A stretch of DNA of 32,000 bases from Halomicronema hongdechloris C2206 (GCF_002075285.3 NZ_CP021983.2:1500001-1532000); one strand, 5' to 3'. Shown: positions 1 to 9,470, counted from the first letter of the stretch. The notes: generated by a model not told the origin, from the sequence alone. Translations and numbers: made by a program.

Positions 1-1
1 T

Positions 2-1147
2 GCCCTACTGGAGGCGGCCCATCAGCGGGATATTCGTGTTGTCTTGGATGGCGTGTTTAATCACACCGGCCGCGGCTTTTTCTACTTCAACGACATTCTG
101 GAAAACGGTCCCCATTCTCCCTGGTTGGATTGGTTCAAGATCGAGGCCTGGCCCCTATCGGCCTACGATGGCTCCCTACCGGCCAACTATATTGGCTGGA
201 TCGGCAATCGGGCCCTGCCCGAATTTAACCACGATAACCCCGCCGTGCGGGAATACATCATGCGGGTGGGCGAACACTGGATTCGGGCCGGCATCGACGG
301 CTGGCGTCTGGATGTGCCCTTCGAGATAGCCACCGAGGGATTCTGGCAGGAATTTCGGCAACGGGTCAAGGCCCTTAACCCCGATGCCTATATCGTCGGG
401 GAAGTCTGGAAAGATGCTCGCCCCTGGCTAGATGGCACCCAGTTCGACGCGGTGATGAATTACCTGTTTACCGGCCCCACCATTGCCTATGTGGCTGGTC
501 CACGGGTGCAGATGGAATACGCAGAACTGCCCGATTATTATCCCTATCCGCCCCTCGATGCCCGAGGTTATGGAGACAAGATCCAACAGCTGCTGGAGCG
601 CTATCCCTGGGAGATTCAACTCAGCCAGCTGAACCTGCTGTCGAGCCATGACATTGCTCGGCTGTTATCGGTAGCTGGAGAGGACCAAGCCAGCTTAGCC
701 CTCGGCGTGCTATTGCAGATGACCTTCCCTGGAGCGCCCAGTGTCTACTACGGTGACGAGGTGGGCCTACCGGGGGGGCTCGATCCTGACTGTCGCCGCA
801 CCTTTCCCCCCCAAGCGCAGTGGAACCAAGAGATGCTGACCCTGCATCGAGGGCTGATTGCCCTGCGGCGAGCACATCCGGCCTTGCGAGTGGGGGGCTA
901 TGAGGTCTTAGCTGCTGAGGGAATGACCTATGTGTTCGCCCGGGTATTGCCCCAGGAACTCATCATCATTGCCGTGAATGCCGATGAGCAGCCCTCTCAA
1001 TTGACAGTGCCGTTTGCCCTGGATTGGTCTGAAGAGCTACCTCAGCAGCGGCTATTTGGTCAGGGCTCGGCCACCTGGCAACAGGGGACAGCCTCCCCCC
1101 AATTAGCCCTAGAGCTCCCGGCCCGCTCAGGATTAGTGCTGGGATAG
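2..1147 (+). CDS. GH13 alpha-amylase-family glycoside hydrolase (neopullulanase/cyclomaltodextrinase-like); N-terminus lies left of the window
   Basis: The frame is open from nt 2 and reads ALLEAAHQRDIRVVLDGVFNH (GH13 region I). Also present: GIDGWRLDVPFEI (region II, nucleophile Asp), YIVGEVW (region III, acid/base Glu) and LLSSHDIARL (region IV). The ATG at 44 is internal. Confidence 0.88.
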   Translation, partial: ALLEAAHQRDIRVVLDGVFNHTGRGFFYFNDILENGPHSPWLDWFKIEAWPLSAYDGSLPANYIGWIGNRALPEFNHDNPAVREYIMRVGEHWIRAGIDGWRLDVPFEIATEGFWQEFRQRVKALNPDAYIVGEVWKDARPWLDGTQFDAVMNYLFTGPTIAYVAGPRVQMEYAELPDYYPYPPLDARGYGDKIQQLLERYPWEIQLSQLNLLSSHDIARLLSVAGEDQASLALGVLLQMTFPGAPSVYYGDEVGLPGGLDPDCRRTFPPQAQWNQEMLTLHRGLIALRRAHPALRVGGYEVLAAEGMTYVFARVLPQELIIIAVNADEQPSQLTVPFALDWSEELPQQRLFGQGSATWQQGTASPQLALELPARSGLVLG

Positions 1148-1257
1148 GCTCCTGGGTATCTAGGGCCGGAGCTTGTCCGCGAGGACGGGGAAATTGGCGC
1201 TCTGCCTGATGCAACCACTGACCACTGCTCAAGGCCCACCCCAGTGCTAGCGTCAGG

Positions 1258-1530
1258 CTTACTCACGCGTTGAGCCTCCCGTAGATGAGTCGCTTTGAGG
1301 CAATATCTTCGGCTCTTGCAAATGCTAAAGCGGGTTCCGATGCCCCATCGATGGGCATAGTCGGCAATCGCTCGCTTCGACTTGAATTGCGTGACCCCAA
1401 TGAGCGGGGTACCGTCTTCCAAGCGCAAGGCGGCGACATAGCCCCACAGCCAGCGCTTTTTGCGTAGGACCTGAGGCTGAGCCGGCTGCAGATGGGCAAA
1501 GATTTTTGGCCGGCCGGCAGCGACGACCAT
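1258..1530 (-). pseudogene. C-terminal remnant of an IS4-family DDE transposase
   Basis: ORF 1060..1530(-) reads ...AIADYAHRWGIGTRFSICKSRRYCLKATHLREAQRVSK. This resembles the conserved IS4 C-terminal block Y-x2-RWxIE-x2-F-x2-LK-x-RGF-x-LE-x-THL. No N-terminal DDE part exists, because the next gene ends at 1561. The ORF tail overlapping the GH13 3' end is not homologous. Confidence 0.5.
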
Positions 1531-1560
1531 CGAAGAGACATCGGTTTATTTTCGGGACAA

Positions 1561-2655
1561 TTACCCGAGCGCGGCGGTTGTCGGTAGAGGCGGTTCTACC
1601 TCGCTGCCCAGTCGGGCGCGGTACAGATCTCCCACGCGGGCTTCCAGACGGGTCAGCGTTTGGGCGATGCGATCGAGCAGGTCGCTGGTGACCGGGTCCG
1701 TGAGCTGCCCCGAAAACTTAGCTGCATCCAAGGCTCCGGTTTGCAGGTCGCCTAAGGCCCGGCGCAAAATTTCCACCTCATCGCTGGACTGAATCCAGTT
1801 TTGCAGCGTGGCCAGGGCCTCACTGCCGATCGCCTGCCAGCTTACCTCTTCTCCAAAGGCACGCAGACGCATTTCTAGCTGCTCGATATGGGTTTCTTTC
1901 GCGGTGATGACTTCCGTGAAGACCGTCTTGGCTTCGGCGTCTGATACTTTGCCCAGATACTGGCGAAACGCCGCCTGAGTGTATCGCTCTCCCACCAGAG
2001 CGGTGTTAATGACATTGAGGATGTCCTGACGGTTGGACCCCCCCCAGCTCTCTGCCAGCTTCCACCAGTCGTACTCTTGGTCGTCCAGGTCGGGCAACGC
2101 CTCTCCCTCAATGGCGAGTCCCAACTGGCTGAGCAACACAGTCGTAAACAGGGGCAAATCCCCCGGACGACGTGATGTGATCAGAGGGCCGTCTACAACC
2201 ACTGGCTCATCGACGTAGGTGGCGCCTGCATTTTGCATATCCTTGCGGACGGAGTGGAACCCCGTGGCGCGGCGATCGCGCAATTGGTCAGCTTCCACCA
2301 GGACGTGCGGTGCGTGGCAGATGGCGGCAACCACCTTGCCCTGGGCCATGGCGTCCATAACGAGACGGACGGCTCGGTCGTTACGGCGAATCTTATCGGG
2401 AGCATGGCCTCCGGGAATCAGCACCGCATCAAAATCGTCAGACAAGACTTCAGTGGCGGTCGCGTCCGGCGAAACCGTGACCTTGCCTTTCTTTCCGGTA
2501 TATTCCTCATTCATACGGCTGCCCACCAGCACAATTTTGGCGTCTGTGCGCTTCAGTGCAGTGTAGGGCACCGTGAATTCTGAATCTTCAAAGCCACTCT
2601 CAATCAAAATGGCAATGCGTTTGGGGGTGGTTTCGGATGGTGTGGCGTAAGTCAT
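1561..2655 (-). CDS. DJ-1/PfpI-family (class I glutamine-amidotransferase-like) domain fused to a C-terminal ferritin-like/PA2169-type four-helix-bundle domain
   Basis: The N-terminal ~185 aa read KRIAILIESGFEDSEF...VLIPGGHAPD...VAAICHAPHVL (nucleophile-elbow Cys-His)...GPLITSRRPGDLP. The C-terminal ~170 aa are helical (ILNVINTALVGERYTQAAFRQYL...EILRRALGDLQTGALDAAKF...) and are only tentatively assigned. ATG at 2655 follows GAGGA. Confidence 0.8.
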   Translation of the reverse strand: MTYATPSETTPKRIAILIESGFEDSEFTVPYTALKRTDAKIVLVGSRMNEEYTGKKGKVTVSPDATATEVLSDDFDAVLIPGGHAPDKIRRNDRAVRLVMDAMAQGKVVAAICHAPHVLVEADQLRDRRATGFHSVRKDMQNAGATYVDEPVVVDGPLITSRRPGDLPLFTTVLLSQLGLAIEGEALPDLDDQEYDWWKLAESWGGSNRQDILNVINTALVGERYTQAAFRQYLGKVSDAEAKTVFTEVITAKETHIEQLEMRLRAFGEEVSWQAIGSEALATLQNWIQSSDEVEILRRALGDLQTGALDAAKFSGQLTDPVTSDLLDRIAQTLTRLEARVGDLYRARLGSEVEPPLPTTAALG

Positions 2656-2884
2656 AAGGGTCCTCAGCGATCGCGACTAACCAGTCGGACTCATCAGTAG
2701 GCTGTCAGCAGGCTGTCGAAGCGATCCTTCCGACCAGCAAACTGTCAATCTCCTGCCAGCACGGGGAATTAAGACTTCTAACAGTAGCCTGGGGCGACCT
2801 ACTTTTGGTGATGAGTGAATCCTACTAGGCCGATAGTAAATTGCTCGTCGCCATCTGCCTTCGGGCAAGCGGCAGAGATATTGA

Positions 2885-4174
2885 TTAAATAACTGTACCA
2901 TTTGGTAGAGTGGCGTCTTTGAGAACGGTGACAATGCCTTCGCGAATACAAAAGCCTTGCTTCTCGCAATCGGCTTCTTCAACCCGATCTTTATTGAGGA
3001 TTTTGACTTGGCAACCGATGCGAGCGTTCTTATCGATAATGGCGTTTTGAATGTCGCTGTGGCTGCCAATGCCTAACGGAACGGCATTGAGATCGCAATC
3101 GCTGCTGCGTTCAAAATCAGACTGATAATAGTCTGCTCCCATGACTAGGCTATTGCGCACTGTACAGCCGGAATCAATGCGAGTGCGGATGCCGATGACG
3201 GAGTTGTGAATTTCACAGTCCTTCAGGACGCAGCCTTCACTAATCATGGATTGAGTCACCTGACAGGCCAACTGTTTCGTCGGCGGCAAATAGCGGGCAC
3301 GGGTGTAAATGGGAGCATCGCGATCGTAGAAACTGAAGGGCGGATTGGGCTGTTTTACCAACGCCAAATTGGCATTGAAGAATGAATCAATGGTGCCAAT
3401 ATCTTCCCAATAGTCGTTGAAAAGATAGGCCTGTAAGTTAAATAAGTGTGCCGATCTCGGAATGATTTCCTTGCCAAAATCGGTGTATTCCGGTCGGCGA
3501 TTGAGCAACTCCATCAACACATTGCGCTTGAACACATAAATGCCCATCGAGGCAATGTAGGGCTTGATTTTGGCTTCCTCCGGTGACAATCCCAACGTCG
3601 TGGTGTCTACCTGCATGTGTCTCAAGGCTTCTCCGGTGGGTTTTTCGCTAAAGTCAACGATGCGCCCCTGACTGTTGATTTTCATCAGGCCAAAGCTGGA
3701 CGCCCGCTTTTCATCAATGGGTAAAACGGACAGTGTAATGTCAGCATTTGTCTCATGGTGATGCTGCACAAACTGTCGAAAATCCATGCGATATAAATGG
3801 TCACCCGACAGCACCAAATAATCATCCACATCCAGGTCACGAAATAACCAGAGATACTGTCTCACAGCATCTGCTGTTCCTTGAAACCATTGCTTGTTTT
3901 CAGGCGTTTGCTGCGCTGCCAAAACCTCAACAAAGCCCTGTTGAAATCCTGAAAATGCATAGGAACGCGAAATATGTTGATTCAGGGAGGCTGAATTAAA
4001 TTGCGTCAGCACATATATTTTTAAGACGTCCGAATTAATACAATTGCTAATCGGAATATCGATGAGGCGATGCTTTCCAGCCAGAGGCACAGCCGGTTTG
4101 GCGCGTACTTTTGTGAGCGGATATAAACGGGTCCCTGCGCCGCCGCCCAAGATGATGCCGAGTACTCTCTTCAC
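2885..4174 (-). CDS. glgC: Glucose-1-phosphate adenylyltransferase (ADP-glucose pyrophosphorylase)
   Basis: [48 protein letters not shown] is the canonical GlgC N-terminus. The C-terminus is a left-handed beta-helix. Length is 429 aa. GTG start is preceded by AGGAGG. Confidence 0.95.
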   Translation of the reverse strand: MKRVLGIILGGGAGTRLYPLTKVRAKPAVPLAGKHRLIDIPISNCINSDVLKIYVLTQFNSASLNQHISRSYAFSGFQQGFVEVLAAQQTPENKQWFQGTADAVRQYLWLFRDLDVDDYLVLSGDHLYRMDFRQFVQHHHETNADITLSVLPIDEKRASSFGLMKINSQGRIVDFSEKPTGEALRHMQVDTTTLGLSPEEAKIKPYIASMGIYVFKRNVLMELLNRRPEYTDFGKEIIPRSAHLFNLQAYLFNDYWEDIGTIDSFFNANLALVKQPNPPFSFYDRDAPIYTRARYLPPTKQLACQVTQSMISEGCVLKDCEIHNSVIGIRTRIDSGCTVRNSLVMGADYYQSDFERSSDCDLNAVPLGIGSHSDIQNAIIDKNARIGCQVKILNKDRVEEADCEKQGFCIREGIVTVLKDATLPNGTVI

Positions 4175-4433
4175 AGCGCCTCCTTACGATTTATCGCGTC
4201 AACTTATGAATCCTGGTGGCTTGGTCAAGATTGCTTCGATTAACGATTGCTCATCCCGACGACTTTTTGCCGTTTCTTTTTAATCTCCTCAGAAAAGCAT
4301 CAGGGCAGCATGGGTCAGAGGTTCTCTTGCTGACCATCCGCTTTCTCCAGCAGTGGAAGGTGACCATTTATGCAGGTGTCAGGATTATTAAATCGCACTG
4401 CGATCGCAGATGACATCCCACATCGGGCAGAGT

Positions 4434-4820
4434 TCAGTGGGGTTCCTGCCAGCGAGAGCGAACATCTCGGCGCGTTTGCTCCGAAACGACTCGCGCCTGT
4501 TCCGCCATCGCGTCCTGGTGGGCTACCTCACCGGCCAGATTTGCCTGTCGAAAATCCAGTTCTGACACCGTAGACCAGCGACCATAAACAATCAGCAATT
4601 CTGATACTTGATAATCCTGCGAAAGCTGTAGCAAGCTGGCATAGTCACGCACGTTTAACCGTGTCCAGTGCTGCAGGGCCCAGTCAATCCCACGGGAGAG
4701 CCATCGATTGACCCAGCGACTGCGGGACAAGACCCAGATGAAACCAATGCCTACCACAATTAGGCCAAGGCGCAGTAGATTGCTCTGGGATCCGGTGGTG
4801 TTCACAACCAGGGCACCCAT
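4434..4820 (-). CDS. Small membrane-anchored protein related to TM + RCK_C (TrkA-C) proteins, apparently lacking the RCK_C core
   Basis: N-terminal TM helix (LLRLGLIVVGIGFIWVL), then LNVRDYASLLQLSQDYQVSE joined directly to LIVYGRWSTVSELDFRQ...HQDAMAEQ. These look like the entry and exit segments of an RCK_C domain with the middle missing. Weak call. Confidence 0.35.
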   Translation of the reverse strand: MGALVVNTTGSQSNLLRLGLIVVGIGFIWVLSRSRWVNRWLSRGIDWALQHWTRLNVRDYASLLQLSQDYQVSELLIVYGRWSTVSELDFRQANLAGEVAHQDAMAEQARVVSEQTRRDVRSRWQEPH

Positions 4821-4904
4821 GACAGATTAGGGAGAAGGGGGAGGCGTGATGGACTGAACAGGTGACACAATCGACTTGCAATAGAGAAACTGCTCTATTG
4901 CTCA

Positions 4905-6554
4905 CTAGTCTAGGTTGGCAAAAAAGACGCCGTAGGGAGGAATTTCCAGGGTGTCATGATAGCTGCGATCGCTGCTGAACACCTCTTCTCCAGTGGGCTG
5001 ACAACGGGGGAAGCGTGACAGGTCTTGATACACCGTTTCAGGGCTGAGGTTGAACAAGCACAGCAATCGTTGTGTTTCGCACTGGCGCAGGAAACCAACT
5101 AAGCGATCGTCTGCCAACTCCAGCAGCTGTAGGTCCCCTGCCCTCAGGGCGAGTTGGTCTTGGCGCCAGTGAATCAGGCGGCGATATTTGTGCAGCAGAG
5201 AGTTGGGGTCAGCGTCCTGCACATCCACAGCCTGCTCCTGATGGTCAGTAGGAATCGGCAACCAGGGGACAGTCGCCTGGGTGAATCCGGCATTTGTGGC
5301 CTCTTTTAGCCAGGGCATGGGAGTACGGGAGCCGTCTCGACCAAGCACGTGGGGATAGCCCTGAATACCGTAGGGATCCTGCATTTTCTCGTAGGGGATA
5401 TCGGCCTGTGTCAGCCCCAATTCATCCCCCTGATAGATGCAGCAGCTACCTCGCAGAGAAATGATCAGCGCTGCAAACATATGGTCGAAGGCCTCTTGTA
5501 AGAAAGCCGTCGGTTGAGATTGACTCCAGCGGCTCTTGAGACGAGGAAAGTCATGGGTGCCGGCTGTCCAGCAAATGACCCCGTCCTCAAACAGTGTTTC
5601 GACTCGGCGAATCAACCCAGTGAGCCGGTGAGCCGTGAGGGGTGTATCTGTCATCAACGAAGAGTTGTAGGCCATGTGCAGGCGATCGCGGCCCTGGACA
5701 TACGCGCTAGACACCAACAACGTATCTTCTGCACTGCTGATTTCGGCCAGTGTCGTAGTGCCGGCATAGCGATCCATTAACTGACGAATGGGCCTGAGCA
5801 ACTCGACTGTTTGGGGTTGGCAAAAGTTGTAGAGGTTGATCTGCGAGAAAAATGGATCGTTGGGAGCTGCGCCAGCCGGACGAGGGACATCTGCCGGACG
5901 CATGGGATTATTTTGCAGGGAGGGATCGTGGGTAAAGAAGTTGACTACGTCCAGCCGAAACCCATCAACGCCCATCTCTAGCCAGAAGCGAGCGGTGTCT
6001 AAAATCGCGCTCACGACCTCCGGGTTGTACCAGTTGAGGTCAGGCTGGCTAACCAGAAAATTGTGGAGATAATACTGCTGACGTCGCGGCTCCCAGGCCC
6101 AGGCGCTACCCCCCAAGGTTGCTAGCCAATTATTGGGAGGGGTGCCATCGGGGTTGGGATCAGCCCATACATACCAGTCAGCTTTAGGATTATCACGGCT
6201 CTGACGACTTTCCACAAACCAGAGATGCTCATCCGAGGTATGATTCCACACCTGGTCAATCAAGACACGCAGACCGCGATCGTGGGCAGCGGTGAGAATG
6301 GCTTTAAAGTCATCCAGGGTGCCAAAAATGGGATCTACAGCCCGGTAATCGGAAATGTCGTAGCCGAAATCTTTCATCGGCGACTGAAAGAAGGGCGAGA
6401 TCCAGACGGCATCGACTCCCAAATCGGCAACATAGTCCAGCTTTTGTAAAATGCCGGGCAGATCGCCAATGCCATCTCCATTGCTGTCGAAGAAGCTGCG
6501 GGGATAAATCTGGTAGATGACGGCACTGCGCCACCAGTCGGTATGAGTCGCCAT
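4905..6554 (-). CDS. GH13 alpha-glucosidase / oligo-1,6-glucosidase-like enzyme (AglA-like)
   Basis: WWRSAVIYQIYPRSFFDSNGDGIGDLPGILQKLDYVADLGVDAVWISPFFQSPMKDFGYDISDY; DQVWNHTSDEH; GVDGFRLDVVNFF (nucleophile); TLAEISS (acid/base); GTHDFPRL. Length 549 aa. Confidence 0.9.
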   Translation of the reverse strand: MATHTDWWRSAVIYQIYPRSFFDSNGDGIGDLPGILQKLDYVADLGVDAVWISPFFQSPMKDFGYDISDYRAVDPIFGTLDDFKAILTAAHDRGLRVLIDQVWNHTSDEHLWFVESRQSRDNPKADWYVWADPNPDGTPPNNWLATLGGSAWAWEPRRQQYYLHNFLVSQPDLNWYNPEVVSAILDTARFWLEMGVDGFRLDVVNFFTHDPSLQNNPMRPADVPRPAGAAPNDPFFSQINLYNFCQPQTVELLRPIRQLMDRYAGTTTLAEISSAEDTLLVSSAYVQGRDRLHMAYNSSLMTDTPLTAHRLTGLIRRVETLFEDGVICWTAGTHDFPRLKSRWSQSQPTAFLQEAFDHMFAALIISLRGSCCIYQGDELGLTQADIPYEKMQDPYGIQGYPHVLGRDGSRTPMPWLKEATNAGFTQATVPWLPIPTDHQEQAVDVQDADPNSLLHKYRRLIHWRQDQLALRAGDLQLLELADDRLVGFLRQCETQRLLCLFNLSPETVYQDLSRFPRCQPTGEEVFSSDRSYHDTLEIPPYGVFFANLD

Positions 6555-6645
6555 CGATCAATACAAAAAGGTCCACTCGACAGTTGGGCAAAAATGGGGA
6601 CACCAGCTGGAATGCTCCCCTCGTTCACAGGCATTTACGCCTTCG

Positions 6646-7048
6646 TTAAGGTGGATGCCAGAATGCGCCCGGCGATCTGCCTATACCTCTGCCGGAACGC
6701 CGTAACGATACACAATACACAGCCGCAACGGGCGCTTCTGTCGGCATGACTTCCGCCTCCAGGATATAAACCGTACCGCCCTGTCGGAACGTTTGCATGG
6801 CAGCAATGTCTAACAGGTCACTATCACCAGGCTGGGGCGGGTCATGCTCAACCACAGGATTTCACATAAGCAGGGTCGTTGCCCATCGCTTGCAGTTGAG
6901 CAGTTGCCTCGTCCAACAAGTTTTTTAAGCGTATTGGGTCTTGCTGGATCTCGGGACCTGCAACGTGGGTAGGCAGGCAAATGGATACGGAGTCATCACT
7001 CGCTGACTGACTCAACTTTTGAAAGTCTGCCTGAGATAAAAAATCCAT
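6646..7048 (-). pseudogene. Internally deleted remnant of a baeRF3-like (bacterial archaeo-eukaryotic release-factor family) gene
   Basis: ORF 6848..7048(-) reads SVSICLPTHVAGPEIQQDPIRLKNLLDEA, an N-terminal signature of the family as I remember it. The overlapping ORF 6646..6855(-), in another frame, reads DLLDIAAMQTFRQGGTVYILEAEVMPTEAPVAAVY, which looks like the family C-terminus. About 250 codons that normally lie between the two are absent. Confidence 0.45.
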
Positions 7049-7248
7049 ACAGTTGGTTAAGCTTATCTGCTCTACTCTCTAGGCTAGTTAGGGATGGGAG
7101 GCATTGACTTCCGTCGGAAGGGGCTGTTGGTTTCTGTCACTGGATAGACTAATCGGAGCATCGCCCACCTTCCCCTTGCAATGGGTCAGGCGCTAGACGA
7201 CAATATGAAGGCGCTTAATGAGTGTCGTTGGGCATGGACTGACCCCCC

Positions 7249-9060
7249 ATGAAAGGTGCACCGAGGGCATGGTGGCGAGTTCCTGTTATCAACCGTCGGG
7301 ATTGGCAATGGGAAGACGCCAACGCCGCCACTCAGAACGGTGAATGGTGGCAAAATGCCATCATCTATCAGATCGCCCCCTGGAGCTTCCTGGATACAGA
7401 CGGTGATAGCAAGGGCGACCTCAATGGCATTGTGGAGCGGCTGGATTACATCGTCAGTCTGGGCGTAGATGCGATTTGGTTAACCCCAATCTATGCGTCA
7501 CCTATGGATGATTTTGGGTATGATGTCGCTGACATGCGCGCGATCGGGAGCGAGTTTGGCCGCATGGAGGACTTTCAATGCCTGCTGGACATCGCCCATG
7601 CCATGAAGCTAAAGGTGCTCGTGGATCAGATCTGGAATCATACCTCGGATGAACATCCCTGGTTCCAGGAAAGCCGCTCTAGCCGTGATAACCCCAAGGC
7701 AGATTGGTATGTCTGGGCCGAGCCGAAGCCGGACGGGTCACCTCCTAACAACTGGCTGTCTTCCCTGACGGGAGAGTGTGCCTGGAAGTGGGAGCCCCAG
7801 CGACAACAGTATTATTTTTTCAATTTTCTCGATAGTCAGCCGGATTTGAACTGGTATAACGACGATGTCGTCGCCGCCATTTTGCAACGAGCTAAATTCT
7901 GGTTAGACCTGGGCGTTGACGGCCTGCGGATTGATGCCGTTAACTATTTCTTGCATGACCGCAGGCTGCGTGATAATCCCCCCCGACCGCATGAAACTCC
8001 CTGGCCCGATGGGGTACCGCCCAATCATCCCATCGGTCAATCCATGCTGACCCACAACTTTAATCGACCAGAGACGCCTAATCGGCTGCGGCCTCTGCGG
8101 GAACTGGTGGATCGCTATCCCGGTGTGGTGACGCTGGGGGAAGTCACGCTCTGCGAAGATTCCATCAAACTAGCAAGTCGCTACACGCGGGGATGCGATC
8201 GCCTACATCTGGCTTATCACAGCGGGTTGCTGGTAGAACAACCGATGACGGCGTCCCTGATGCGGACTATTTTGGGGCGGGTGGCTAATCACTTTGCCGA
8301 TGGTGGCACCTGCTGGATTGTGGGCAATCACGACTACGGTCGTCTGCGATCGCGCTGGACGGGCAAGGATGTCAACGGGAATCCCTATCCCGACGAGTTT
8401 TATCGCATGATGGCGGCTCTGCTGCTTTCACTGCCGGGTGCCTTCTGCCTCTGGCAAGGCGATGAGCTGGGACTCCCGATCGCAGATATTCCTGGCGACA
8501 TTCCCCCCAGTGAACTCAAGGATCCTTTCGGGAAAGCACTATACCCGGACGTGGTGGGGCGAGACGGATCGCGAACGCCGATGCCCTGGACCGCCGATGC
8601 ACCCTGTGGCGGGTTTACTACAGCAGCGACCCCCTGGCTTCCTATTCCGGCGAGTCATCTGACGCGATCAGTGCATTCTCAGCACCGCAACACTAAGTCA
8701 CTGCTCAATACCTGGCGGCGATTGCTGCACTGGCGTAAAAACCAACCGGCCCTGGAAGCTGGCAAGCTGGCCTTACTGGAGGCGAATGACACGGTGCTGG
8801 CATTCAGACGTTACTATGCTGACCACAATTTGCTGTGCTTATTTAACATCAGCGATCGCCCTGCCTCTTATGTCCTGGAACTGTGTGACACCTGTGAAGT
8901 GGTGCGGCATCTAGAGTTTGACTTTGAGATTGACGAGAACTATGTCAAGCTGTCCCCCTACAGCGCCTTTTTTGGTCAACTCACATCACCGTCCAAACGT
9001 CTGGCTAACAACACATCTTATAATGACGATGGTTTGCCGGGATCACCGATTACACTCTGA
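7249..9060 (+). CDS. GH13 alpha-glucosidase paralog (AglA-like) with an N-terminal extension
   Basis: WWQNAIIYQIAPWSFLDTDGDSKGDLNGIVERLDYIVSLGVDAIWLTPIYASPMDDFGYDVADM; DQIWNHTSDEH; GVDGLRIDAVNYF; TLGEVTL; VGNHDYGRL. There is no alternative in-frame ATG between 7249 and the conserved core. Confidence 0.9.
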   Translation: MKGAPRAWWRVPVINRRDWQWEDANAATQNGEWWQNAIIYQIAPWSFLDTDGDSKGDLNGIVERLDYIVSLGVDAIWLTPIYASPMDDFGYDVADMRAIGSEFGRMEDFQCLLDIAHAMKLKVLVDQIWNHTSDEHPWFQESRSSRDNPKADWYVWAEPKPDGSPPNNWLSSLTGECAWKWEPQRQQYYFFNFLDSQPDLNWYNDDVVAAILQRAKFWLDLGVDGLRIDAVNYFLHDRRLRDNPPRPHETPWPDGVPPNHPIGQSMLTHNFNRPETPNRLRPLRELVDRYPGVVTLGEVTLCEDSIKLASRYTRGCDRLHLAYHSGLLVEQPMTASLMRTILGRVANHFADGGTCWIVGNHDYGRLRSRWTGKDVNGNPYPDEFYRMMAALLLSLPGAFCLWQGDELGLPIADIPGDIPPSELKDPFGKALYPDVVGRDGSRTPMPWTADAPCGGFTTAATPWLPIPASHLTRSVHSQHRNTKSLLNTWRRLLHWRKNQPALEAGKLALLEANDTVLAFRRYYADHNLLCLFNISDRPASYVLELCDTCEVVRHLEFDFEIDENYVKLSPYSAFFGQLTSPSKRLANNTSYNDDGLPGSPITL

Positions 9061-9131
9061 TCGTGGACGCCAACTTGGTCCAGGACACGATTCAGCTGCG
9101 TGGGGAGGCGACGGAGTATAGCTTAGGTGCC

Positions 9132-9470
9132 CTACCGGCTGGGAGTTCGCTGCACCGATTGAAATCGCCGCAGGGTAAGAAATTCTGAAGCAACCTGCAC
9201 GGCTAGAAGCACAAAGTAAGCCGTGAACACCAGAATAATGGCACCATCGCCCTGGACCACGGCCCAACCCAGCGCCACCAGCGGCGGCACCCCCCCCAAA
9301 AAATCTGTACTGACCCAAACCAATAGGTAAACCATCTCGGCAAGGGCTGCGGCAACTGGAAGGATGGCCCCAGTCGCCAGGTCCAGCCAGTAATGGCCAA
9401 GAACCTGGTGGCGATCCCAATAAAGACGTCGTTCTCGATCAGCAGGTGAGTACTCAGATCCATGATTCAT
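9132..9470 (-). CDS. Small hypothetical membrane protein (about 3 TM segments)
   Basis: 112-aa ORF with hydrophobic stretches ILPVAAALAEMVYLLVWV, GVPPLVALGWAVV and AIILVFTAYFVLLAVQV. No family recognised. Two longer overlapping ORFs in other frames look like GC-rich artefacts. Confidence 0.4.
   Translation of the reverse strand: MNHGSEYSPADRERRLYWDRHQVLGHYWLDLATGAILPVAAALAEMVYLLVWVSTDFLGGVPPLVALGWAVVQGDGAIILVFTAYFVLLAVQVASEFLTLRRFQSVQRTPSR

Noticed and set aside
1060-1530. The full 156-aa ORF taken as an intact gene.
   Set aside because: Only the 5' two-thirds resemble a transposase C-terminus. The remainder overlaps the GH13 3' end and looks like read-through. It is annotated as a remnant instead.
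7249-7360. The N-terminal extension of the second alpha-glucosidase as a signal peptide.
   Set aside because: The segment (MKGAPRAWWRVPVINRRDWQWEDANAATQ) lacks a hydrophobic core. It does contain an RxWWR stretch, but this is not a twin-arginine consensus followed by a hydrophobic region.
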